Below, piece after piece: positions 38,083 to 49,285 of a stretch of 64,000 nt of DNA. Within the stretch, counting starts at the first letter, position 1. Each line of letters starts with the position of its first letter. This DNA comes from Candidatus Eiseniibacteriota bacterium (GTDB lineage Bacteria > Eisenbacteria > RBG-16-71-46). The translations under genes were made by a program, and so were the position numbers. The DNA is taken from NCBI GenBank assembly GCA_963707915.1, contig OY970178.1, positions 192,001 to 256,000 on the forward strand, given 5' to 3'. The notes beneath the pieces were generated by a model that was not told the DNA's origin, made no database searches, and saw only the letters and a program-made list of their open reading frames with translations.

Positions 38083-40317
38083 TCAACGCCGGTCGCGTGG
38101 CCCCAGGGCGGCGCGCGCCGCCCGGGCGAGCGCGCGCAGCACGGGGTCCGCGGGGGGGCCCGATCGCAGGCCGCGCGCGAGCGCATCGCGCGCGGCCTTT
38201 GCGTCGCGCAGGGTCGAGTCGCGACTGGCGGCGAGCAGGCTCGCCAGTTCGAGCCACGCGGGCGCCTCGTCGGGCCTCAGCCGGGTGACCTGGCGCAGCG
38301 CCGCAGCGGCCTCGCGGTCCTGCCCGGCGGCCCGGAGCGAACGGGCGTAACCGAGCAGGCCCGGGACGTCCCACCGGGTGCCGCCGCTGGCGGCGAGGCA
38401 GATCGTCCACGCCTCCACGGCGTCGGCCGCCCGGCCCGCGACCGCCAGCCGGGGTGCGCGGAGGCGCTGCGCATCCACGCAGGCGAGCGCCTCGTCCTGC
38501 CCGCGGGGATTCTGCCCGGCCGCGCGGTCCAGCCAGCGGTCCGCCTCCGCGTCCTGGCCGCCGCGGACCGCGATCAGGCCGAGCAGCGCGGCGGTCTCGA
38601 CGCTCGTCCCCGGCAGCCGCGAGAGCCTCGCCGCGGCGGAGCGGGCGCGCTCGAGATCCCCGCGCTCCGCGAGCGAGCGCCCGTGCAGGTAGAGCGCGGC
38701 CCCCGACGTCGAATCGATCGTCAGGGCCGCCCCGGCCGCGCGCTCCGCCTCCGCCCAGCGTCCGGAGCGCGCCAGGGCTCGGGCGAGGCCCACGTGGGTC
38801 CACGGCTTGTGGGGCGCCGCCCCGACCGCCGCGGCGGCGAAGACCACCGAGGAATCGAGTCCGCCGTTCGCGGCCGCGATGTCCGAGAGCAGCAGGAACC
38901 GTTGCGGGTCCGGTCCGCCGAGCGCCAGCGCGCGGCGCACCGCGGTCTCGGCCGCCGCCACGCTGTCCGCCGCGAAGAGCAGGCGTCCGACCTGGTACCA
39001 GGCGCGGGGATTCGCGGGGGAGACCCGCGTGGCTTCGCGCCACAGCGCCAGGTCGGAGCGCCACACGCGGGCGCGCCCGTGCGTCGCCCAGCCGAGCGGC
39101 AGCGCGAGCGCGAGGGCCAGCGCCAGCAGCAGGCCGCGCGGCGCCACGCGCAGGCGGGGCGCCGCGCGCGCGGCGAGCCAGGCCAGGGCCCCGGCCGCCA
39201 GCGCTGCCGCCGCGGGCGTGGCCATGGTGAGGTAGCGCTCGGCCACGAACTCGCGGTTCGGGATGAGCGAGGTCGGGGCGAGGGCCGCGAGCCACCACGC
39301 ACCCCACAGGCCGGCCCACGGTGCGCGCCGCAGCGCACCGACCACGACCGCCACGAGGACCAGCACGCCCAGGGCGGCCAGCCACGCGGCCGGATCGGCG
39401 GGGCCGAGCAGCCCGAAGGTGCGGTCCACCGACAGCCCCGCGGGCCACAGGTAGAGGCGCAGGTAGAAGAGCAGCACCAGCGGCTGCGTCGCGTAGAAGC
39501 GCGCGGCGTCCACCACGCCGGCGCCGAAGACGCCCCCGTGGGGGTTCCGCAGCGTGGCGTAGGCCAGGACCAGGGGCAGCAGGGCGGCCCACACCGGCAG
39601 GTGGAAGCGCGCCAGCCGGTCGCGCAGCCCGCGCGCGTCGCCGCGTGCCGACCGGGCGACGTCGTAGAGCAGCACCAGGGCGGGGACCACGGCGCCGGTC
39701 TCCTTGCCGAGCGCCGCGAGCGCGGCCGCCAGCGCGGTGGCGAACGTGCGCCATCCCCGATGCCGCGCGTGCGACCAGCGCCCGATCGCGTCCACCGCCA
39801 GGAGCATCGCGGCGAGGGCGAACACGCTCGAGAGCAGTCCGGGCCGGCCCTGGATGTAGAGGACCGAGGTGCTGTGGGCCGGGTGAAGGGCGAGGATGAG
39901 CGCCGCCACGGCAGCCAGCAGGCCGTCGTCCCGGGCGGCGGCAGTCCCCGCGGCCGGGCGCAATCGCAGGAGCAGCAGGAAGAGCAGCAGCACGCTCGCC
40001 AGGTGGAGCCCGAGGTTGACGACGTGGTGCGCGCGCGGCTCCGGCCCGAGCGCGGCGATGTCGAGCGCGAAGCTCAGGTTGGTGAGCGGACGCGTCTCCT
40101 GCGTGCCGGCCCGGATCCAACCCGGGGGCCAGAGCTGCAGGAGCGCGGGGTTGTCACGGACGTAGCGCTCGTCGTCGAAGAGGAACGGCGAGTCGAGCGC
40201 GGGCGCATACGCGAGGACGGCACCGAGCATCGCGACGGCCAGGACGATCAAGGCGAGCGCGCCGGCCGGGGCCGGGGTCGGGAACGGCGGGGAGGCTGGA
40301 TCGGTCTTGCGGCGCAT
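38083..40317 (-). CDS. TMTC-like membrane glycosyltransferase with TPR repeats
   Basis: FLFDD, RPL, HVVNL.LH, HP, KE and AERYL motifs; C-terminal TPRs. Confidence 0.75.
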   Translation of the reverse strand: MRRKTDPASPPFPTPAPAGALALIVLAVAMLGAVLAYAPALDSPFLFDDERYVRDNPALLQLWPPGWIRAGTQETRPLTNLSFALDIAALGPEPRAHHVVNLGLHLASVLLLFLLLLRLRPAAGTAAARDDGLLAAVAALILALHPAHSTSVLYIQGRPGLLSSVFALAAMLLAVDAIGRWSHARHRGWRTFATALAAALAALGKETGAVVPALVLLYDVARSARGDARGLRDRLARFHLPVWAALLPLVLAYATLRNPHGGVFGAGVVDAARFYATQPLVLLFYLRLYLWPAGLSVDRTFGLLGPADPAAWLAALGVLVLVAVVVGALRRAPWAGLWGAWWLAALAPTSLIPNREFVAERYLTMATPAAAALAAGALAWLAARAAPRLRVAPRGLLLALALALALPLGWATHGRARVWRSDLALWREATRVSPANPRAWYQVGRLLFAADSVAAAETAVRRALALGGPDPQRFLLLSDIAAANGGLDSSVVFAAAAVGAAPHKPWTHVGLARALARSGRWAEAERAAGAALTIDSTSGAALYLHGRSLAERGDLERARSAAARLSRLPGTSVETAALLGLIAVRGGQDAEADRWLDRAAGQNPRGQDEALACVDAQRLRAPRLAVAGRAADAVEAWTICLAASGGTRWDVPGLLGYARSLRAAGQDREAAAALRQVTRLRPDEAPAWLELASLLAASRDSTLRDAKAARDALARGLRSGPPADPVLRALARAARAALGPRDRR

Positions 40318-40505
40318 CGGCCCTCGTCCGGCGGTCGGATCACGGCACGGGTGTCACCCCGTGACCGCGGGCCGCGGGAGGACGCGGTCAGGATAGCGCG
40401 GTTGGCTACCGTGCTTCCATCGGCCCGGCATCATGCACAAGCGGCGCGACGGGGTCGGCCCCGTTGGAATCGCGTTCCCGCCCTGTGGCATAGTGCGTCG
40501 TGACC

Positions 40506-41993
<1,488 letters not shown>

Positions 41994-44115
41994 GCGCACG
42001 CTTCGGCGCGCGGCGGCGGCCACCCCCGGGCTCCGGAGGTGGCCGCCGCGTCACCGGCGCGGCCTGGAGTCCCGCCGCTAGTCCAGCACCACCGCGCTCG
42101 CCGACGTCACGCGTCCGGCCTGGCTGAGGCGGATCACGTAACGGCCGGCCGGGACCCGGCGGCCCGCCGACAGGTCCACCGCGTGCCGCCCCGCGCCGAG
42201 CGAACCGACCTCGCGCCGGGCCATGCGACGCCCGCCGACGTCGAAGAGCTCGAGCTGCGCCGGCGCCGCGGAGGGCAGGACGAACTCCACCGACAGCCGG
42301 CCCCGTGGGCTCGGATTGGGCCGCGCGCCCCCGAGGGCGAACTCGAGCGCGCCGACCTCCACCCAGGCCTCGCCGAAGAACAGGTGCACGCCGGCGTCCA
42401 CGACGCCGAGGCAGTAGCCGTAGCGGCGGCCGGCCTGCACCGCCTCGTCCACGAACCGCAGGTAGCCCGAGCCGTCGGTGGAGACCGCCGCGATCGGGGC
42501 CCAGTCGGAGCCCTCGGTGCGCCGGTACACCGTGGCGTCGAGCGCCCCGCCCGCCGGCGCGAACCAGGTGAGCTCGGCACGGCCGGAGCGCGCGATCGCC
42601 GCGACCAGCGAGGCCAGCGTGGCGACCGGCGCGCCGGGCGAGACCACGGCGGTCCGGCTGCGATTCCCGTGCAAGTCCACTGCCACGAGCTTGTAGTGGA
42701 AGTCCCCGGTTCCGTCCACGAACGACGTGTCGCGCGTGGCGGCCACGAGGTTGCCGCTCCCGGGGACGAAATCGGCCGTGGCGCCGCGGTAGAGTCGGAA
42801 TTCGAGCAGGTCCTCGGCGGGACTGGGGCCCCAGTGGAGCGAGGTCGACGCGCCGAGGTAGGCGGCGACGAAGGGGACGGGCAGCGGGGGCGCGAGGTTG
42901 TCCACGGAGTAGCCGCTGTCCACGTTGGATTCGTAGAAGACCGTCGCGCTCGTGGTCAGCGCGGTGACGAAGAACGCCGTGAAGGGGTTGGAGCCCGGCA
43001 TCGAGTCCTGGGTGGTGGCGGCCGTGTACCCGTAGCCGGCGAGCTGTTCGGCGGGCAACGTGGCGATGGCCTCCCAGTACTCGATCGCCGCCGCGCCGGA
43101 GCCGGTGCGCCCCGGCATGGCGCGCACCGTCGCCTCGCCCGCGCTCCCGGCGCGTGCCCGGGCCTCCGCGGCGGCCTCCGGCGGCAGCCGGCGCCAGACC
43201 CGGTAGCCGCTGACCAGCGCGATCCCCGCGGTGTCGTAGGAGGAGCGCGTCCAGCGCAGGAACACGCGGCCGCCCTGGTCGTTGGGCACGTCGCGCACCG
43301 AGACGAGGTGCGGCAACCTCGGGTCCGGACCCGGCACCTGGCAGCTCGCGAGCAGGATGCTGATCTCGCCGGCATCGCTCCAGCCCGAGACCAGCAGGTC
43401 CTGGGCGCCGTCGCCATCGAGGTCTCCGGTCGCGAGGCCCAGCGGGAAGGGAGACACGGGATAGCTGGAGTGGACCGTGAACGTGCCGTTCCCGACCCCA
43501 CCGGCGCCTCCGCCCTTCAGGACCACGACGTTGTCGCCAGTGGCGTCGGTGAAGACGAGGTCGGCGATCGCGTCTCCGTCGAAGTCGGCGGCGACCACGC
43601 CGCCCACGTTGGCCAGGCCAGCGGCGTAGGCCGTGGGCGTGCCGAAGGTGCCGGCCGCGCCGCCCTTGAGGACGGTCACGCCCCCGTAGCTGGAATTCGA
43701 GACCGCCAGGTCCAGGTTGCCGTCCCCGTCGAGGTCGCACAGGGTGACGTCATAGGGCTGAGCGCCGGCAGCGTAGTGCTGCGCGGTCCCGAAGGTGCCG
43801 GTGCCCTGGCCGAACATCACCGCCACGCCGTTGAAGCTCTCGGTCGCGACCAGGTCGAGGTGGCCGTCGTGGTTCAGGTCCCCCGCCGCGATCCCCACCG
43901 AGATCCCGGCGAGCGGGTAGGTGACCGGGGTGGCGAAACTGCCGTTGCCGACGCCGCCACTGCCCAGGCCGATCAGCACCGAGAACGCCTTGACGGCGTT
44001 GTTCGCGACGGCGAGGTCGAGGATGCCGTCCTGGTTGAAGTCCCCGGCCACCACCTCGTAGGGGCCGGGGCCCGCGCCGGAGCTCACGGCGGCCGCGAAC
44101 GTGCCGTCGCCTAGG

Positions 44116-45176
44116 TGTGGAGTCTCAGGACGTTGTTCTCACCCGGGGTCGCAACCGACTGAAGGGTGGTAGGCCGTCCAGACTACCGTGTGGACGTCTC
44201 TGGTTGTAGTAGCGAAGCCAGCGGGGCAGGACGCGGGCCCGGACCTCGGAGGTCAGGTAGGCGGCCCCGTAGGCCCACTCGCGGATCAGGGTCTGGATGA
44301 AGCGCTCGGCCTTGCCGTTCGTCCTCGGGCGGTAGGGCCGCGTACGTTTGTGGACCAAGCGCAGCCGTTCCACCTCGTGAGCAAAGCAGCGCGCGAGGTA
44401 GCCCGAGCCGTTGTCACTGAGGATTCGGCGGATGCGGATGCCCAAGGTGCGGAACCAGGCCACAGCACGACGCAGGAACGCTGCCGAGGTCACGCCGGTC
44501 TCGTCCCGCAGCACCTCGGCATAGGCGATCCGGCTGCGGTCGTCGATGGCGACGTGCACGTAGTCCCAGCCCACCCGATGACCCCGTCGCCGGCGGTCTC
44601 CGGTGATGCGGTGACCGTAGAAGCCACTGATCCGCCCCAGTTTCTTGACGTCGAAGTGGAGCAGGTCCCCCGGGCGACGATGCTGGTAGCGGTTCGCGGG
44701 CTCCTGCGGCTCGAGCTTCTGGAGCCGTTCCAGCCCGGCGCGTTTGAGCACCCGCGCCACCGTTGCCCGCGGACGCTTCAGGTCCCGGGCGATCTGCGGC
44801 CCGGTCATCCTCGTGCGCCGCAGCAGCAGGATCATCTCCCGCCATTCGATCGGGGTCGCGTGGGGGTGGCGCCGAGGCCGCGAGCTGCGGTCCTGCAGGC
44901 TGGCCGAGTCCTCGGCCTGGTAGCGGCCCAGCCACTTGTGGGCCGTCCGGCGGCTGATCCCTGCGGCCGTGGCCGCTCGGGTCACGCTCCAGCCCGACTC
45001 CCGTACCCGGCCAACAAGCAGTGCTCGACTGGCAGGGCAGGTCCGTGCTCCACTGTGGAGGTTCATCCGGGGTTCCTCGCTGGTCAGACGTTGACGGCTT
45101 CGAACACCACCAACATCTGTCAGAAGGACCCCGGTTGAACAGTCTCAACCTGTGAACAACCTAGTGAGACTCCACA
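44116..45176 (-). mobile_element. IS481 family insertion sequence, complete
   Basis: Terminal IR TGTGGAGTCTCA/TGAGACTCCACA; 6-bp TSD CCTAGG at 44110-44115 and 45177-45182. Confidence 0.93.
44125..45066 (-). CDS. IS481 family transposase
   Basis: HTH, DRSSRP, HFDVKKLGRI, SDNG and PRTNGKAERF motifs. Confidence 0.94.
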   Translation of the reverse strand: MNLHSGARTCPASRALLVGRVRESGWSVTRAATAAGISRRTAHKWLGRYQAEDSASLQDRSSRPRRHPHATPIEWREMILLLRRTRMTGPQIARDLKRPRATVARVLKRAGLERLQKLEPQEPANRYQHRRPGDLLHFDVKKLGRISGFYGHRITGDRRRRGHRVGWDYVHVAIDDRSRIAYAEVLRDETGVTSAAFLRRAVAWFRTLGIRIRRILSDNGSGYLARCFAHEVERLRLVHKRTRPYRPRTNGKAERFIQTLIREWAYGAAYLTSEVRARVLPRWLRYYNQRRPHGSLDGLPPFSRLRPRVRTTS

Positions 45177-45805
45177 CCTAGGCCGTGAAGGAACCAGACC
45201 TTGCTGTCTCCCATGGTCGTCACGACCAGGTCGAGGTGGCCGTCTCCGTCGAAGTCGGCGATGGCGATTCCGACGGGATGGGGGCCGACGGTGTGGAACT
45301 GTGGCGGGCCGAAGGTGCCATCGCCGATGCCGCCGCTTCCGCCGCCGAGCATCACGGCGATCGTGTTGTTGACTCCGCCGTCCTGGGCCTCTGACTGGCA
45401 GGCGACCAGGTCCAGGATGCCGTCGCCGTTCAGGTCGGCGAGCTCCACGCGGTTCGTGCGAGTGCCCACGGCCTGCAGCGTCGCCGGAGCGAACCAGGCC
45501 GGCTGGTCGCAAGGTGCGGACGCGCTGCCCGTCGGCGACAGCAGGCCGGTGCCGGCGAGCAGGCAGAAGGTCAGGAGCGTGGCGATGGAATGGAAGATGT
45601 TCCGCATGGTCGGCCTCCGCGCGTTCAGGGACAGGGGCGATCCCCGCTGGTCACCCAAGTACAGCATAGGACCGGCGGGAGCCGTCCGAAACCGGATTCT
45701 CGGCGCTGATGGCGGGGAGGCACGTCCGGTCCCGGCTGCGGGCACGACCCCCGCCCACTAGTGTATATTCCGACAGCCCATGACCTTCCAACCGAGGCCC
45801 GCCGC

Positions 45806-47878
45806 ATGAACCCGGTCGCCGACTCTCCCGCGCTCCAGCCGCCGTCCGATCTCAACCCCCGCCCCGAGCCGGTGCTCGACTTTCCCGACCGCGAGCTGGG
45901 GGAGATGACGCCGGCGGACTACGACACGCTGGGCTTCATGTCGGGGCTCGAGGTCCACCAGCAGATCGTCACCCGCGGCAAGCTCTTCTGCCGCTGCCCG
46001 GCCGGCCGGCGCGTCACCCGGGTGGACGCCGAGGTGCTGCGCCACATGCGCCCCACGCTCTCGGAGCTGGGCGAGTACGACGGCTGCGCGCTGATGGAGT
46101 TCAAGACCCGCAAGGAGATCGTCTACCTGCTCGAGCGGGGCACCGTCTGCACCTACGAGATCGACGACACGCCGCCCTTCCCGATGGACGACGAGGCGGT
46201 GCGCGTCGCCCTCGAGATCGCCCTGCTCTTCGGCCTGAACCTGGTCTCCGAGCTGCACGTGATGCGCAAGCAGTACCTGGACGGCTCGATCCCGACCGGC
46301 TTCCAGCGCACGGCGATGATGGGGCTCGCCGGGAGCATCCCGTTCCGGGTGCCCGAGCTGGGGGTGGACCGCGAACTGCGCATCCGCCAGTACTCGCTCG
46401 AGGAGGACTCCTGCCGCGAGGTCTCCGACGTCGGGCACCGCATCACCTTCCGCACCGACCGGCTGGGGATGCCGCTGATCGAGACGGTGACCGAGCCCGA
46501 CCTGCTCACGCCCTTCGAGGTCGCGGCCGGTGGCCGCCTGCTGGCCCGCGTGGCGCGCGCCTCGGGCAAGGTGCGGCGCGGGGCCGGCGCGGCGCGCCAG
46601 GACACCAACGTGTCGGTCGCCGGCGGCCGGCGGGTCGAGATCAAGGGCGTGGGCAACCACCGGCACCTGCCGCTGCTCACGCACAACGAGGCCTTCCGGC
46701 AGCTGAACCTGCTGCGGGTCCGGGCCGAGCTGCGGCGCCGCGGGGTGAAGGCCGAGGCGCTGGCGGTCCCCGACGGGCCGCGGCCCTGGGAGCGCTCGCC
46801 GCTGGTCGTGCATGCGGGCCCCATGCTCCGGCGCTCCGAGTACATGCCGCTGCGCGAGGCGCGCGAGCGGGGCGACACGGTGGTGGCGCTGGCGCTGCCC
46901 GGCTTCGGCGGTCTGCTGTCGCGGCCCACGCAGCCGGGCGTCACCTTCGCCCGCGAGTTCGCCGACCGCGTCCGGGTGATAGCCTGCCTCACGGCGCGCC
47001 CGTTCATGATCCACTCCGACCTGACCGACTACGGCCTGACGCCCGCCGAATGGCGCGCGCTGCGCAAGAGCCTGCGCGCCGGGCCGGCCGACGCCACCGT
47101 GGTGTTGTGGGGCACCGAGCAGGACGTGGAGACGGCGGTGCGCGAGGTGTTCCTGCGCGCGCGCGACGCGCTGGTCGGAGTCCCGGCGGAGACGCGACAG
47201 TCGTTCTCGGACGGGACCAACGGGTTCGAGCGCATCCTGCCGGGAGCCGACCGCATGTACCCCGACACCGACACGCCGCCGAAGGCCATCCCCGAGGAGT
47301 GGGTGGTCGAGATCACCGCGCGCCTGTCCGAGCGTCCCTGGGTCCGGGAGGAGCGCTACCGCGCCCTCGGGCTGTCCGAGGAGCTGGCGAACCGCCTGGC
47401 GGTCGCCACCGGGACCGCGGACCTCTTCGACGCGCTCGCCGTGCCGGTCGGGCCGGCCGCGGCGCGCGTGGCGGGGGCGCTGCTCAAGCGCCCGGCGCGG
47501 TGGCGCCGGCGGCGGTCCGGAGAGGCGCCGGCCAGCGCGGAGCGCCTGCAGCCGCTGGTGGCGGCCTTCGTGCGGGGCGAGTTGCGGCCGGAGGGCTTCG
47601 AGCGCGCGATCGAGCGGGCGCTGGTCGAACCGGGGCGCACGGTGGTGGAGCTGATCGAGGCCGTGCGGCCGCGGGCGGGCGACGCCGAGGCGGCCGCCCG
47701 CAGCATCGCCGCGGCGGTCGAGCGCTGCGCCGGGCAGCCGGAGCGCCCGCGGTCGAGCCTGGTGCGCTGGACCATGGGGCTGGTGATGCGGGACCTGGTC
47801 GGGCGCGTGGATCCGCGCGAGCTGCAGGCGCGGCTCGAAGCGGCGCTCGCGGCCCGCGAGATCGGGGTGACGCGATGA
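45806..47878 (+). CDS. gatE: Glu-tRNA(Gln) amidotransferase subunit E (archaeal type)
   Basis: GLEVHQQ..KLFCRCP, RPT.SELGEYD, MRKQYLDGSIPTGFQRT, LEED, DRLG.PLIE, VRRG.G..RQD.NVS, insertion domain, PGADRMYPDTD. Confidence 0.9.
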   Translation: MNPVADSPALQPPSDLNPRPEPVLDFPDRELGEMTPADYDTLGFMSGLEVHQQIVTRGKLFCRCPAGRRVTRVDAEVLRHMRPTLSELGEYDGCALMEFKTRKEIVYLLERGTVCTYEIDDTPPFPMDDEAVRVALEIALLFGLNLVSELHVMRKQYLDGSIPTGFQRTAMMGLAGSIPFRVPELGVDRELRIRQYSLEEDSCREVSDVGHRITFRTDRLGMPLIETVTEPDLLTPFEVAAGGRLLARVARASGKVRRGAGAARQDTNVSVAGGRRVEIKGVGNHRHLPLLTHNEAFRQLNLLRVRAELRRRGVKAEALAVPDGPRPWERSPLVVHAGPMLRRSEYMPLREARERGDTVVALALPGFGGLLSRPTQPGVTFAREFADRVRVIACLTARPFMIHSDLTDYGLTPAEWRALRKSLRAGPADATVVLWGTEQDVETAVREVFLRARDALVGVPAETRQSFSDGTNGFERILPGADRMYPDTDTPPKAIPEEWVVEITARLSERPWVREERYRALGLSEELANRLAVATGTADLFDALAVPVGPAAARVAGALLKRPARWRRRRSGEAPASAERLQPLVAAFVRGELRPEGFERAIERALVEPGRTVVELIEAVRPRAGDAEAAARSIAAAVERCAGQPERPRSSLVRWTMGLVMRDLVGRVDPRELQARLEAALAAREIGVTR

Positions 47879-49263
47879 GCGACGATCGCTACAAGGGCTA
47901 CCGTGACCCCTGCCTGTCGGTGCTGAAGCGCTTCGACGTGACCGTGTGGTGCGAGCTGCGCGCCCGCACCACGCGCGGCGACTTCGAGGGCCTGCTGCTC
48001 CCGCGCTCGGAGACCGCCGACCCGCTGCACCTGGTGCTCAAGCTGCCGACCGGCTACAACGTCGGCCTGCGCCACGACACCGTGACCGGGCTCGAGAAGA
48101 TCGGCTACCGCGAGGCGCACTACCAGATCCCCGAGCGCCAGTTCCCGGTGAACCCCTCGATGCCGCGGGTGAAGCTGCTGGGCACCGGCGGCACGATCGC
48201 CTCGCGGCTCGACTACCGCACCGGTGCGGTCATCCCCGCCTTCAGCCCCGGCGAGCTCTACGGTTCGGTGCCGGAACTGGCGGACATCTGCAACCTCGAG
48301 ACCGAGAAGCTCTTCGGCGTGTTCTCGGAGAACATGGGACCGGAGCAGTACATCGTGCTGGCCGAGCGGATCGGCGAGGCCATCCGCGACGGTTGGGACG
48401 GCGTCGTCGTCGGCCACGGCACCGACACCATGCACCACACCGCCGCGGCGCTCTCGTTCATGGTCCAGCGCTCGCCGGTGCCGATCATCATGGTGGGCAG
48501 CCAGCGCTCCTCCGACCGGCCCTCGTCGGACGCGGCCCAGAACCTGATCAGCGCGACCTGGGCCGCCGCCCACGGTCCCATCGCCGAGGTCATGGTGTGC
48601 ATGTTCGGCCCGACCTCGGACCGCTACAACCTGCTGCACCGCGGCACGCGGGTGCGCAAGATGCACACCTCCTACCGCAGCACCTTCCGCACGCTGGGGG
48701 ACATCCCGCTGGCGATGGTCGAGCGCGGGAAGCTCACGCCGCTCAAGGAGGACTGGGCGCCCCGGCGCAAGGACCGCGAGGTCACGGTGCAGGCGGTGTT
48801 CGAGGAGCGCGTCACCATCGTCTACTACTACCCGAACATGAATCCCGACCTGATCGACGCGCTGGTGGAGAAGGGCTACAAGGGCATCGTCATCGCGGGC
48901 ACCGGCCTGGGGCACGTGAACCGCAAGATCTACCCGGCGCTCGATCGCGCGTGCAAGGCCGGCGTGCTGATCTTCATGGCGGTGCAGACGCTCTGGGGCT
49001 TCGTGCAGATGTACGTCTACGAGACCGGCCGCGAGATCCTCGAGCTGGGCGTCACCCCGCTGGCGAACATGCTGCCCGAGGTGGCCTACATCAAGCTGGG
49101 CTGGGCGCTGGGCGTGCATCCCGACGATCCCGAGGCGGCGCGGCGCCTCATGATCACGCCGATCGCCGGCGAGACCACCGAGCGCGAGCCGCACGACGGC
49201 TACCTGGTGTTCCAGGGAGGCGTTCCCGAGATCCAGGAGTTCCTGGGCAAGGTCTGGAAGTGA
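47875..49263 (+). CDS. gatD: Glu-tRNA(Gln) amidotransferase subunit D (archaeal type)
   Basis: GatD-specific N-domain LKL.TGYNVG; TGGTIASRLDYRTGAV, HGTDT, GSQRSSDRPSSD and RKMHTS motifs; 4-nt overlap with gatE. Confidence 0.92.
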   Translation: MSDDRYKGYRDPCLSVLKRFDVTVWCELRARTTRGDFEGLLLPRSETADPLHLVLKLPTGYNVGLRHDTVTGLEKIGYREAHYQIPERQFPVNPSMPRVKLLGTGGTIASRLDYRTGAVIPAFSPGELYGSVPELADICNLETEKLFGVFSENMGPEQYIVLAERIGEAIRDGWDGVVVGHGTDTMHHTAAALSFMVQRSPVPIIMVGSQRSSDRPSSDAAQNLISATWAAAHGPIAEVMVCMFGPTSDRYNLLHRGTRVRKMHTSYRSTFRTLGDIPLAMVERGKLTPLKEDWAPRRKDREVTVQAVFEERVTIVYYYPNMNPDLIDALVEKGYKGIVIAGTGLGHVNRKIYPALDRACKAGVLIFMAVQTLWGFVQMYVYETGREILELGVTPLANMLPEVAYIKLGWALGVHPDDPEAARRLMITPIAGETTEREPHDGYLVFQGGVPEIQEFLGKVWK

Positions 49264-49285
49264 ACCGACAAGGACGGATGGCCGC

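Larger units (their letters stand above)
42078..45607 (-). pseudogene. Secreted FG-GAP/VCBS repeat protein with T9SS/FlgD-like C-terminal domain, split by IS481
   Basis: 5' part MRNIFHS...WFLHGLG (45607-45177) and 3' part DGTFAAAV...SAVVLD rejoin in frame once the IS and one TSD are removed. Confidence 0.85.
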
